Counted from the stretch's first letter, positions 1 to 9,658 are shown. The stretch is 64,000 bases of DNA from an uncultured Anaerolineales bacterium (GCA_964407215.1 CAYOUT010000003.1:187648-251647); one strand, 5' to 3'. Translations and numbers: made by a program. The notes: a model not told the origin generated them from the sequence alone.

Positions 1-278
1 TCAGGGCTTTGCCCCTCGATCCGCTCAAAGAAGGGGGACATTTCCGCTTGCCAGCGAGCGTTCACCTCGCGTTGCGCCATGCCGGCTCTCGCCGCCTCGA
101 AATCCTCGGTCTCCAGATAGCCAAAGAGCAGGCCGTCCTCTTGTAAAAAGAGGGAGTAGTTGTGCCAGCCCGTCTCACGTAGAGCCTGCTGCATATCTGG
201 CCAGACCGCTGCGTGGCGCCTCTTGTATTCCTCGATATGCTCTTTTTTGACCTTGAGAATGAATGCGATGCGCTCCAT
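1..278 (-). CDS. rhaM: L-rhamnose mutarotase family protein (3' end runs off the window)
   Basis: Not in the ORF track. Manual translation from ATG at 278 (RBS GGGAG): MERIAFILKVKKEHIEEYKRRHAAVWPDMQQALRETGWHNYSLFLQEDGLLFGYLETEDFEAARAGMAQREVNARWQAEMSPFF. The Y.RRH..VWP...GW.NYSLF and VN.RWQ..M motifs are typical of RhaM. Confidence 0.85.
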   Translation of the reverse strand, partial: MERIAFILKVKKEHIEEYKRRHAAVWPDMQQALRETGWHNYSLFLQEDGLLFGYLETEDFEAARAGMAQREVNARWQAEMSPFFERIEGQSP

Positions 279-384
279 GTTCTGTCTCCCTTGCGGTTTG
301 TATGTGTTGGGTACGTTCTGGCTCGTAGCCAGTCTCCCGGTGCGCCATCTTGGCGCAGAGGATGCGGTTGTACGGGGCGGTACT

Positions 385-1086
385 CTACCAATGATCGGAG
401 GGCGCAGACTGTGCCTTCTCAGCCAAGTTGCGTAGCTTGACTGTTGCCTCCGCCAGGCTCATCCCGTGCGTAAACAGGCTCGAAGTTCCACCTACCAGTA
501 AATTGGCTCCTGCGGCGACCATACGCGCCGCATTCTCCCAAGACACGTTGCCATCCACTTGGATATCCACCTGCAGGCCGTGCGAGTCGAACAGCCGGCG
601 CGCATCAGCGATCTTTTGCAGGGTGGCCGGCACCAGCCTCTGTCCCACAAAGCCGGGGTTGACTGTCATGATGAGCAAGAGATCGAGGTCCTCTAGCACA
701 TAGTCCAGTGTGTGTAGCGATGTAGCGGGATTCAGAGCCACACCGGCCTTGATTCCCAGGCTGCGGATGGCGGCCAGCGTGCGCTGAAGGTGAACGCAAG
801 CCTCCTGGTGCACCACGAGGATATCTGCACCGGCCTCCACAAAAGTCTCTAAATAGCGCTCTGGCCTCTCGATCATGAGGTGTACATCGAGGGGGATGGA
901 ACTGGAGCGATGCACAAGACGTGCGATGTCGGGGCTCAGTGCCAGATTGGGGACAAAGGTGCCGTCCATGACATCGATGTGCAAATAGTCCACGCCAGCC
1001 CTCTCCATAGCGCGCAGATCCCGTTCGAGGTGCAGGAAATCCGCGCAGGCCAACGAGGCGCAAATCCGGATTGGCGGGCGCGTCAC
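385..1086 (-). CDS. rpe: Ribulose-phosphate 3-epimerase family protein (Rpe/AlsE-like)
   Basis: Motifs SLACAD, HIDVMDGTFVPN, DVHLM, MTVNPGF, VDG. Substrate may differ from ribulose-5-P given the operon context. Confidence 0.88.
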   Translation of the reverse strand: MTRPPIRICASLACADFLHLERDLRAMERAGVDYLHIDVMDGTFVPNLALSPDIARLVHRSSSIPLDVHLMIERPERYLETFVEAGADILVVHQEACVHLQRTLAAIRSLGIKAGVALNPATSLHTLDYVLEDLDLLLIMTVNPGFVGQRLVPATLQKIADARRLFDSHGLQVDIQVDGNVSWENAARMVAAGANLLVGGTSSLFTHGMSLAEATVKLRNLAEKAQSAPSDHW

Positions 1087-2147
1087 GCGGTGTCCCTCGT
1101 GCTCTGAGGGTGTACGATGACCTTCATGCCCGCGTGCCCCTCCGCCGCAGCCAGAGCCTCGCCTATGCGCTCCAGTGGGAAGGTGTGGCTAATGTACTCT
1201 TTGCCCTGGATCACTCCGGCAGCGAGTAATTCCAGCGCTAAGCGATGTTGTCGGGGTACACTGCCATGGGAGCCGGTGACCATGAGCTCCTTATAGTGCA
1301 CTAGATTGCTATCCAGCTCGATGGGGGGCGATCCCTTGGGGAGTCCACCAAAGAAGTTGATGCGGCCGCGGTTGCACACCATTTGCAGGGCTTGTGCGTG
1401 GGTCTCCACCGATGAGTTGGCGGTGATCACCACGTCAGCGCCCTCGCCGCCCGTCGCTTCCAGCACCGCAGCAACGGGGTCCACGTCTTGCGTGCAGATC
1501 ACCTGGTCTGCGCCGCCCAGGCGGTAGGCCACATCCACACGCGCCCGCGATCGTTGCACCCCCAGCACACGCATGGCGCCAAAGGAACGCGCTAGTCGCA
1601 TCATCATGCACCCAGCAGGGCCCGCGCCGATCACTACCACCACATCGCCTAGTGTGATGTTGCAGAGCTCTAGGCCGTTGATACAACAAGCCAATGGTTC
1701 CGCCAGGGTGGCTTCATCGTAGCTCAGGCCGTCCGGGATATGGTGTACCGCCCCATAGCGCACAGTAGTGCCGTTCAGCGGCATACGTTCTGCAAAACCA
1801 CCGGGGAACTGGTAGCCGATGGCATAGTTGATGGCGCAATTATTGCCCAGCCCTTCACGGCACCAGCGACATTCGCCACAGGGAACGTCCGCACCGGTGG
1901 CTACGCGATCTCCCACTTTGAAGCGAGTCACTCGACTGCCGACGGCGATCACTTCGCCGGCGATCTCGTGCCCGATGATCTGAGGTGGTGTGACGCGCGG
2001 GTTGCCGTGGTGTAGAATACGGATATCCGATCCGCATACCGCACAGGCGTGCACCTTAAGAAGGAGGCTCTCCTCGTCCGGCAAGGTGGGGTCGGGCACC
2101 TCTCGAACGGCAATACGGTCCAGGCTCTCCAATACAGCGGCTTTCAT
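1083..2147 (-). CDS. Zn-dependent MDR alcohol/polyol dehydrogenase
   Basis: CGSD and GHE catalytic Zn ligands, structural Zn motif CGECRWC...C, GAGPAG Rossmann motif; ATGA overlap with the rpe-like gene. Confidence 0.92.
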   Translation of the reverse strand: MKAAVLESLDRIAVREVPDPTLPDEESLLLKVHACAVCGSDIRILHHGNPRVTPPQIIGHEIAGEVIAVGSRVTRFKVGDRVATGADVPCGECRWCREGLGNNCAINYAIGYQFPGGFAERMPLNGTTVRYGAVHHIPDGLSYDEATLAEPLACCINGLELCNITLGDVVVVIGAGPAGCMMMRLARSFGAMRVLGVQRSRARVDVAYRLGGADQVICTQDVDPVAAVLEATGGEGADVVITANSSVETHAQALQMVCNRGRINFFGGLPKGSPPIELDSNLVHYKELMVTGSHGSVPRQHRLALELLAAGVIQGKEYISHTFPLERIGEALAAAEGHAGMKVIVHPQSTRDTA

Positions 2148-2165
2148 CGTCGCTCAGTCCCCCTT

Positions 2166-3221
2166 CTAGGCTTTGTTGACCAACACCACCCGGTTGTAGA
2201 ATTCCACATGCGAGCGCATCATCTCCAGCGCGCTAACTCCTTCGGATAGAGGAACGCGGTGGGTGATGAGCGCCTTCAGGATCAGGCGTCCGGCCGCAAG
2301 CATTTCCAAGACCACGCGCCATTCATCCACTGGCAACGCGGCAAAGCGAGAGTTCCAGGTCCCCCTAATGGTGAGTTCTTTGCGTAGTATCTGAGACACT
2401 GTGGCTTGCGGCAGGGTGACGTCTCCAGCAGGGTTACCCATGAACACCACTCGCCCCAAAGGCCGCGCCATGCGCAGTGCTTGTTCGTAGGTCACACTGG
2501 CACCCGCTGCCTCGATCACCAGATCGGCGCCACGTCCGGCCGTCGCCTCCGAAACGACCGCTACCGGATCGCTCTCGCGCGCGTTGATGGCGTCTCCCAG
2601 GCTCATCTCTTCTACCACGCGCAGCTTGCAGGCGTCGATATCCACTAGCAGCACGCGCCCCGCGCCGGTCAATCGCGCCCACTGTGCGACGAGCAAGCCG
2701 ATGGGCCCCGCTCCCAGCACCACTACCGTATCGCCCGGCTCCGGATCGCCCTGGCGTATAGCGTGTAGGGCCACAGCGGCGGGCTCTGTGAGAGCGGCCT
2801 CCTCCAGATCGACGCCGTCGGGCAGCGGGATCAGGTTGGTCTGTGGCGCACGCACATACTCGGCAAAACCACCATCACTACGCGACCCCAAATAATCGTA
2901 GGCTATGCACTGGCCGTAGGCTCCGATCTCGCAGTAGGCGCACTGGCGACAGGGGATAAGGGGCTTGATGGTGACCCGCTCGCCCACATGTCGCGGACCG
3001 CTTCCTACAACTTGCTCCACCACTCCCGCCAGTTCGTGGCCGGGGATGAGTGGGAAGCGATAAGTGCCGTCCTCATAGACTCGTGGTAGATCCGAGCCGC
3101 ACACGCCGGCCGCCGCGACGCGTACCAATGCCTCCCCTTCGCGGGGCTCGGGCACTGGTACTCTCTCCAGTCGGAGATCACCGATGGTGTGGAGGACCAA
3201 GGCTTGCATCCGTTCGGGCAT
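2166..3221 (-). CDS. Zn-dependent MDR dehydrogenase, galactitol-1-phosphate 5-dehydrogenase (GatD)-like
   Basis: CGSD, PGHE, CRQCAYC...C, GAGPIG; the segment YDYLGSRSDGGFAEY resembles GatD-type enzymes. Confidence 0.88.
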   Translation of the reverse strand: MPERMQALVLHTIGDLRLERVPVPEPREGEALVRVAAAGVCGSDLPRVYEDGTYRFPLIPGHELAGVVEQVVGSGPRHVGERVTIKPLIPCRQCAYCEIGAYGQCIAYDYLGSRSDGGFAEYVRAPQTNLIPLPDGVDLEEAALTEPAAVALHAIRQGDPEPGDTVVVLGAGPIGLLVAQWARLTGAGRVLLVDIDACKLRVVEEMSLGDAINARESDPVAVVSEATAGRGADLVIEAAGASVTYEQALRMARPLGRVVFMGNPAGDVTLPQATVSQILRKELTIRGTWNSRFAALPVDEWRVVLEMLAAGRLILKALITHRVPLSEGVSALEMMRSHVEFYNRVVLVNKA

Positions 3222-3247
3222 TGACGGTCTCCCCTCGATGGTGTGGG

Positions 3248-4201
3248 CTAGGCCCTACGCCCTGGCTCGTGCTCGGCCAAGACATCGGGGCTCCAAGGGC
3301 CATCCACGGGCAAGAGCTGGCGCCAATACTCGGCTGACGCCTTGAGCTCCGGCACGACCAACGGCTCCACCTCGAACCGTTCGCGATGAGAGATCTCGAA
3401 AGCCAAAAAGACTTCTTCCGCGCCGCTCTCGTATAGCGTCGTCAGCGTGCGCAGGGGGTCGATGATGCCCTGGGCGTTGTATTCTGCAGTAAAAGGCCAA
3501 TGGCGGCTGTGCCCGTGTTCCGTTTGCTGCAGATGAACAATACCAGCATCGCGCCCTAACGCACTCAGCCAGTCGTACGGATCCCGCTCGCTCGGATGCG
3601 GCGCGTGACCGATATCCAGGCAAAAGCGCATCGGCACACCGGCATTCTCGTTGACGCGCTGCAAGAGCTCACGCGCCCCCGCGATGGTATCCCCCATCTC
3701 GCGTGGAATCGACATGGTCTCGAAAAAGATGTACTCCAACCCCACCTCGCTGGCATAATGTGACAACTCTTGCCAGAGGCGGATGGCATCGTCCACGCGT
3801 TGCCGATAGCTGGTGGGGTCGGCGAGATCCTCCACCGAGAGGATACCAAAGTGGCTGCCCACTGCCCGCGCCCCAAGGCGCGCCGCCAGGCTGGCAAAGC
3901 GCCGAAACCAATCGCGCCAAGCTCGCCTGAGCTCCGGATACGGATACATAAAGTGATTCACGCGGGTGTAGGTGCTGGTCATTAACGAGTGGACGCTGAT
4001 TCGATACCGATCGAGCGCCAGTTGAATCCGCTCCATCTCGGCCTCGAGCACGTATTCGGGCCAGAAGGGGTTGAGCAAATCAGCCACCAGCTGCACGCTG
4101 TACAGACCAAACTCCTCGGCCACGAGGCGCGCCCACTCATCGGGTTCTGGAAAGCGGTTAGTGGCAAAGCCGAGATTTGTTCCGAGGGTAAATGTTGTCA
4201 T
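3248..4201 (-). CDS. TIM-barrel sugar-phosphate epimerase, EryC (D-erythrulose-1-phosphate 3-epimerase)-like
   Basis: Start chosen at MTTFTLG (ATG 4201). Motifs NRFPEP, LNPFWP, TRVNHF, ETMSIPREMGDTI, LDIGH, HLQQ, HWPFTAEYNAQGIIDP parallel Brucella EryC as recalled. Confidence 0.75.
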   Translation of the reverse strand: MTTFTLGTNLGFATNRFPEPDEWARLVAEEFGLYSVQLVADLLNPFWPEYVLEAEMERIQLALDRYRISVHSLMTSTYTRVNHFMYPYPELRRAWRDWFRRFASLAARLGARAVGSHFGILSVEDLADPTSYRQRVDDAIRLWQELSHYASEVGLEYIFFETMSIPREMGDTIAGARELLQRVNENAGVPMRFCLDIGHAPHPSERDPYDWLSALGRDAGIVHLQQTEHGHSRHWPFTAEYNAQGIIDPLRTLTTLYESGAEEVFLAFEISHRERFEVEPLVVPELKASAEYWRQLLPVDGPWSPDVLAEHEPGRRA

Positions 4202-4461
4202 ACTATGTGCTAGACTCCACAATGAATGCGCCGCTAGAGGGTTCGTTAGCCTCCTGTAGGCTGTTGGCTCGCTCGGGGACTGTCAGGGCGAGCGATAAAG
4301 GGCTTCCCTCAGGATACACGATACATGTGCTCCATGCAAACTGCCATCTGTGAAAGAGCTTCATTTGACCTCCCTATATGCACAGGTACCATATACTCTA
4401 GCGATGTTGCTGCGGGTTCCTTATGCGGAAGCCGGCGAGTGTTGTTGGCCAGGAGCGGGTG

Positions 4462-5772
4462 ATGGTGGTGAAAAGAGCGTTTGCTGCGGGGCTTTTGCTG
4501 ATTGTGGCCATTCTCGTGCTGATTGCAGCAGGTAGCCTCCGTTACGGAGGCCCAGGAGGCCTATTGCTGCGCGTGCAGGCCGAGTTCAACCGGCGGCCGC
4601 AAGAGTTGCTTGTGCCGACACCTTTGCCCACCGCAGAAGTGCCCGCCCCTTCTGTTGCCCCCACGGAGTGCGCCTGCGGTGCCGCCTCGGCAACGCCCGT
4701 AGCTGCCAGCCCTTCGGCTACGATGGAAACACCTGCCGATCCGGAGGCGACCTCCACTACAGAGCTACCGACGATCACCGAGGAACCCAACCCCACTGCC
4801 GAGGCCACTCAGGCTGCAGCGGCTCCAGCTGTGGAACTCACCGGCTTTGCGCACGAGTGGCAGGGCTGGAACAACTGCGGCCCCGCCACGTTGGCAATGT
4901 ATCTGAGTTACTATGGGAACACAGAGAACCAGACCGATATCGCCAACGTCGTCAAAGAGAACAAGGATGATAAACACGTCGGTGCTGACGAGCTCGTCGA
5001 GTACGTGCGCTCTCGCGGCTTCCAAGCTATCCTTCGAGTGAACGGCGATGCCCAGAAGGTAAAATCGCTGCTGAACGAAGGAATCCCTGTGATGGTTGCA
5101 ACCTGGAACGAACAAGAGCCGGGTGACGGCGCGGGGCACTATCGCCTCATCACAGGCTATGATGACGCTTTGGGCGAGTGGATCCTGTACGACTCTCTCT
5201 TGGCTACTGCTAGAGGGATTACGACCCCTTACGAGGGCATTCGTATATCGTACGAAGAGCTAGATGAGCTGTGGGAGGTGCTGAACTACAAGTATATCCT
5301 GGTATACAGAGAGGATCATGCGGTTGCCGTGCCGAATATCCTGGGCGAGGACATGGATGATGCGCTCATGTGGGCTGATGCACTAGCGGCGTCGCAAGCT
5401 GCTGTCGAACAGCGGCCTGAGAACCCTTTTGTTTGGTTCAATCTGGGTACCAGTCTGGTGGCCGCTGAGCGATGGGACGAGGCGGCTGCAGCTTATGATC
5501 GCGCCCGCCAGATTGGCTTGCCCTGGAGGATGCTTTGGTACCAGTTCGAGCCGCTGCAAGCCTACTATGAAGCCGGCCGCTTACAGGAGGTTGTTGCCCT
5601 GGCTGACGCGACTATGGCACACACTAAGGATCTGGAGGAGCTTTATTACTGGAAAGGGATGGCCTTACAGGCGCTGGGCGATCCCGATAGCGCCCGCGCT
5701 AATCTGGAGCGCGCTACGCAGCTGAGGCCCAGTTTCACAAGCGCTTCGGAAGCTCTACAGGCGCTGGAGTAG
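4462..5772 (+). CDS. Membrane-anchored C39-like cysteine peptidase with C-terminal TPR repeats
   Basis: N-terminal TM helix, Pro/Thr/Ala linker, WNNCGPATLAM (catalytic Cys), GHYRLITGYD (His), YDS, then TPR-like helices (WFNLG..., LYYWKGMALQALG). Confidence 0.8.
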   Translation: MVVKRAFAAGLLLIVAILVLIAAGSLRYGGPGGLLLRVQAEFNRRPQELLVPTPLPTAEVPAPSVAPTECACGAASATPVAASPSATMETPADPEATSTTELPTITEEPNPTAEATQAAAAPAVELTGFAHEWQGWNNCGPATLAMYLSYYGNTENQTDIANVVKENKDDKHVGADELVEYVRSRGFQAILRVNGDAQKVKSLLNEGIPVMVATWNEQEPGDGAGHYRLITGYDDALGEWILYDSLLATARGITTPYEGIRISYEELDELWEVLNYKYILVYREDHAVAVPNILGEDMDDALMWADALAASQAAVEQRPENPFVWFNLGTSLVAAERWDEAAAAYDRARQIGLPWRMLWYQFEPLQAYYEAGRLQEVVALADATMAHTKDLEELYYWKGMALQALGDPDSARANLERATQLRPSFTSASEALQALE

Positions 5773-5826
5773 TTCGACTCGTCGGTGTGTTACGCCGTGT
5801 GACGCCCGCCCCAGCCGACCGCGTAG

Positions 5827-6588
5827 ATGTCGGCGCTCACAGTCAGCCAAAGAACGACACCACGGAGCCCTATGATTTCACCTTCCGGCACAGCCCCCGA
5901 GAGCATCGGTACACGCAAAGAGAACTCACTCCATGCCGCGCTCAAGACCTGGTACTCGCGGCCGGGTGACCTTCTCGAGGCCCCAGTGGATGATTTTATC
6001 GTCGATATTCTGCGGGGCGATACGATCATCGAGATCCAGACGCGCAACTTTGGGGCGCTGAGGGCCAAGCTTGCGCAGCTTTTGGAGCGATACCCCGTTC
6101 GTCTGATCCACCCCGTCGCGCACGAGAAATGGATTGTGCGGCTGGCTGCGGATGGCCACACTCGCTTAGGTCGTCGCAAATCTCCCAAGCGGGGATCGGC
6201 TTTGGAGGTGTTTCGCGAGTTGGTCTATCTGCCGGAACTCTTGCTTCATGCCAACTTTTCGCTCGAAATAGTGCTCACGCAGGAGGAGGAGGTTCGTTGC
6301 CAGGACGGGCGGGGCAGTTGGCGGCGCCAGGGGTGGAGCATCCTGGATCGACGGCTACTCCAAGTGGTCGATTGTGTGGAGCTGAAGGATGTCGGCGCCT
6401 GTCGGTGCCTCCTGCCATCGTCTCTGTCTCAGCCCTTCACGAGCAGCGATCTGGCAGAGGCCCTGGGAGAACGGCGCGCTTTGGCCCAGAAGATGCTCTA
6501 CTGCTTGCGCAAAATGCATGTGGTACACACAGCCGGCAAGCGCGGGCGCTATCGGCTCTACACCGTGATACAACACAAAGGGGTCTAG
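5827..6588 (+). CDS. Hypothetical protein, putative PD-(D/E)XK nuclease fold with C-terminal winged-helix-like segment
   Basis: SLHAALK...VDILRGDTIIEIQT (D...ExQ variant motif); C-terminal FTSSDLAEALG...LYCLRKM...GKRGR. Start uncertain (5827 or 5872). Confidence 0.55.
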   Translation: MSALTVSQRTTPRSPMISPSGTAPESIGTRKENSLHAALKTWYSRPGDLLEAPVDDFIVDILRGDTIIEIQTRNFGALRAKLAQLLERYPVRLIHPVAHEKWIVRLAADGHTRLGRRKSPKRGSALEVFRELVYLPELLLHANFSLEIVLTQEEEVRCQDGRGSWRRQGWSILDRRLLQVVDCVELKDVGACRCLLPSSLSQPFTSSDLAEALGERRALAQKMLYCLRKMHVVHTAGKRGRYRLYTVIQHKGV

Positions 6589-6680
6589 CAGATGAGGCGG
6601 CTGTAGCCAAGCTTTCGCCTACGCACGGGTGCCGCCGGTTGCCTGCCAGGCCCCTTTTATACGTGTTGTCGATGTAGAGT

Positions 6681-7700
6681 CTAGAGCGCAGCTATAATCG
6701 CTTCCGCCATCTCGCGGGTGCCTACTGCTGTAGGATCGTTGCGGTCGGTCTTTAGGTCGTAAGTAACCTGTTTCCCCTCTGCGATAACCTTCTCCACTGC
6801 TCGGTCGATCCGATCCGCCGCGTCAATCTCGCCCAAGAAGCGCAGCATCAGTGTCCCACTGCGGATGGTTGCTGTGGGGTTGACTTTGTTGCGCCCGGTG
6901 TATTTGGGGGCAGAGCCGTGCACCGGCTCGAACACAGCGATATCGTCGCCAATATTGGCTCCCGGGGTCACCCCCAAGCCACCCACTAACCCAGCGCATA
7001 CATCGCTCACGATATCGCCATACAGGTTGGGCAATACCAGCACATCGTATTCGTGCGGTCTCTGTACAAGCTGCATACACATATTGTCCACGATGCGATC
7101 GTTAAAGTCGATGTCGGGATACTCGGCCGCCACCTGACGCGCAGTGTTCAAGAACAGCCCGTCCGTCAGCTTCATGATGTTGGCTTTGTGCACCGCGGTC
7201 ACCAGCTTGCGGCCGTTGGCTTGGGCGTATTCGAAGGCAAAGCGTACGATGCGCTCGCTGGCCTTGTGCGTGATGATACGAATCGCTTCCGCGGCTTGGC
7301 CGGGAATCACATCGTGCTCGATGCCAGAGTACAAGCACTCGGTGTTCTCGCGCACGACGATGAGGTCTACGCCACGATAGGGTGCGGGCACCCCTTCGAA
7401 GCTCTTGGCGGGGCGCAAGTTGGCGTACAAGTCCAGCTCCTTGCGAATGGCCACGTTGACGCTGCGGAAACCCTTGCCCACTGGTGTGGTGATAGGCCCT
7501 TTAATACCCACGCGGTTGCGCCGGATGGAATCCAGCACGTGCTCAGGCAAGGGTGTGCCGTATTTGTCGATGACGGCCTCGCCAGCCTCCTGAACATCCC
7601 AGTCGATGCGCACACTCGTCGCCTCGATGACTCGCCGCATAGCATCGGCTACCTCGGGCCCGATGCCGTCGCCGGGGATTAGCGTTACCGTGTACGTCAT
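6681..7700 (-). CDS. icd: Isocitrate/isopropylmalate dehydrogenase family protein (probable NAD-dependent isocitrate dehydrogenase)
   Basis: [44 protein letters not shown] motifs; co-transcribed with aconitase. Confidence 0.8.
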   Translation of the reverse strand: MTYTVTLIPGDGIGPEVADAMRRVIEATSVRIDWDVQEAGEAVIDKYGTPLPEHVLDSIRRNRVGIKGPITTPVGKGFRSVNVAIRKELDLYANLRPAKSFEGVPAPYRGVDLIVVRENTECLYSGIEHDVIPGQAAEAIRIITHKASERIVRFAFEYAQANGRKLVTAVHKANIMKLTDGLFLNTARQVAAEYPDIDFNDRIVDNMCMQLVQRPHEYDVLVLPNLYGDIVSDVCAGLVGGLGVTPGANIGDDIAVFEPVHGSAPKYTGRNKVNPTATIRSGTLMLRFLGEIDAADRIDRAVEKVIAEGKQVTYDLKTDRNDPTAVGTREMAEAIIAAL

Positions 7701-7732
7701 AGCTCATCCTCTCTTGTTTCGAGACTGTGATC

Positions 7733-9658
7733 TCAGGCTGTCGCCTTGATATAGTTCAACAAGCCGCCCGCGAGTATGATCCCAGTCTGACGTGCAGACA
7801 GGTCATAGTGCACGGCGATGTCGAACCCCCGTGTTTCATTGCGCACCACCAACGGGGTGCCAGCCTGTAGAGACTCGCGCACCCCATTCACACGCAACAT
7901 GTCGCCCTGTTGGCAGCGATCGTAATCGGCGGGGTCGGCAAAGGTCAGCGGCAAAATGCCAAAGTTGATGAGATTGGCCTCGTGAATCCGCGCAAAGCTC
8001 TTGGTGAGCACCGCTTTGACGCCCAGGTACATCGGCACCAGGGCGGCATGTTCCCGGCTCGAGCCCTGGCCATAGTTCTCGCCGCCCAACACAAAGCCGC
8101 CCCCCACTCTTTTGGCGCGCGAGGCGAACTCGGCGTCCAGCCTAAAGAAGGCGAACTCGCTCATGGCAGGGATATTGGAGCGGAGTGGCAGCACTTGCGC
8201 GCCGGCGGGCATGATATCGTCCGTGGAGACGTTGTCTCCGGCCACTAGAAGGATCTCCCCTTGTAGCTCGCTCTCGAGTGGGCCGCGGGTGGGTAGCGGC
8301 TTGATGTTCGGTCCACGCACAATCTCCACGCTTGAGCCATTCGCCAAAGGCGGTACGACCATGTTGTCGTCGAGCAGGAAGGACGCCGAAACGGAGATAG
8401 CCGGTGGCTCGCCCAAGGAGCGCGGATCTGTGAACACGCCGCGAACGGCTGCAGCTGCACACACTTGGGCGCTCGCGAGGTATACTTGGGCGTCAGCAGT
8501 GCCGCTCCGCCCGCGAAAATTGCGGTTGAAAGATCGGAGCGAGACCGCGCCGCTGGCCGGGGCTTGCCCCATGCCGATGCATGGGCCGCACCCCGCATCG
8601 AGGATACGCGCGCCTGCCGCAATCAGATCGGTTAGGGCGCCGCTTTGGGAGATCATGGTCAGCACTTGTTTGCTACCGGGGCTTACAGTGAGCGATACAT
8701 CCGGATGAACCGATTGGCCGCGGAGCATGGCGGCCACTGTCTCAAGGTCCTCGATGGAGGAGTTGGTGCAGCTTCCGATGCACACCTGGTTCACGGGTTG
8801 ACCGATCAGGTCGCGCACTGGTACTACATTGTCGGGACTGTGCGGGCAAGCCACCAGCGGCTCCAGTTGAGAGAGGTCAATCTCTATGGTCTCGTCATAC
8901 AACGCATCCACATCGGCTGATAGAGGCCGCCAGTCGCTCTCGCGCCCTTGTGCGGCCAGGAACTGACGCGTGATCTGGTCGCTCGGAAAGATCGAACTGG
9001 TGGCGCCCAACTCGGCCCCCATATTGGTGATAGTTGCACGCTCAGGAACACTGAGAGTCGCCACACCCGGGCCACCATATTCGACCACTTTGCCCACCCC
9101 GCCTTTGACGGAGAGTCTGCGCAGCAATTCGAGGATCACATCCTTGGCTGCGACCCAGGGGGGTAGCTCGCCGAGCAGGCGTACGTGCAGCACTTTGGGT
9201 GTCGTGATATAGAACGGTGCGCCGGCCATGGCCACAGCCACGTCCAGGCCGCCCGCGCCGATGGCCAACATCCCCAAGCCGCCACCGGTGGGCGTGTGAC
9301 TGTCGGAACCCAAGAGGGTCTTGCCTGGTGCACCAAAGCGCTCCAGATGCACTTGGTGGCAGATGCCATTGCCGGGCCGCGAAAAGTATAGGCCATAATG
9401 GGCGGCCACCGTCTGGAGATAGCGATGGTCGTCGGCGTTGCGGTAATCGGCTTGCAGCATATTGTGGTCCACATAGCTTACCGACAACTCTGCCTTGACG
9501 CGATCCAGACCCAACGTCTCGAACTGAAGATAGGCCATGGTGCCCGTGGCATCCTGGGTGAGCGTCTGATCGATGCGCAAGCCCATTTCCGCTCCCGGCT
9601 CCATGCGGCCGGATACCAGATGCTCTCGTATGATCTTGTGCGTGAGATTGTGGCCCAT
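7733..9658 (-). CDS. Aconitate hydratase (single-chain, short type)
   Basis: Start at MGHNLTHK (ATG 9658). QDATG, DHN, GICHQVH, DSHT, IGSCTN and CGPCIG [4Fe-4S] ligands; swivel domain with NYGQGSSREHAA. Confidence 0.9.
   Translation of the reverse strand: MGHNLTHKIIREHLVSGRMEPGAEMGLRIDQTLTQDATGTMAYLQFETLGLDRVKAELSVSYVDHNMLQADYRNADDHRYLQTVAAHYGLYFSRPGNGICHQVHLERFGAPGKTLLGSDSHTPTGGGLGMLAIGAGGLDVAVAMAGAPFYITTPKVLHVRLLGELPPWVAAKDVILELLRRLSVKGGVGKVVEYGGPGVATLSVPERATITNMGAELGATSSIFPSDQITRQFLAAQGRESDWRPLSADVDALYDETIEIDLSQLEPLVACPHSPDNVVPVRDLIGQPVNQVCIGSCTNSSIEDLETVAAMLRGQSVHPDVSLTVSPGSKQVLTMISQSGALTDLIAAGARILDAGCGPCIGMGQAPASGAVSLRSFNRNFRGRSGTADAQVYLASAQVCAAAAVRGVFTDPRSLGEPPAISVSASFLLDDNMVVPPLANGSSVEIVRGPNIKPLPTRGPLESELQGEILLVAGDNVSTDDIMPAGAQVLPLRSNIPAMSEFAFFRLDAEFASRAKRVGGGFVLGGENYGQGSSREHAALVPMYLGVKAVLTKSFARIHEANLINFGILPLTFADPADYDRCQQGDMLRVNGVRESLQAGTPLVVRNETRGFDIAVHYDLSARQTGIILAGGLLNYIKATA

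Noticed and set aside
62-440. Track ORFs 62..391, 160..435 and 213..440
   Set aside because: Alternative or antisense frames over the real rhaM-like gene (minus, ATG 278), which the track missed because it runs off the window.
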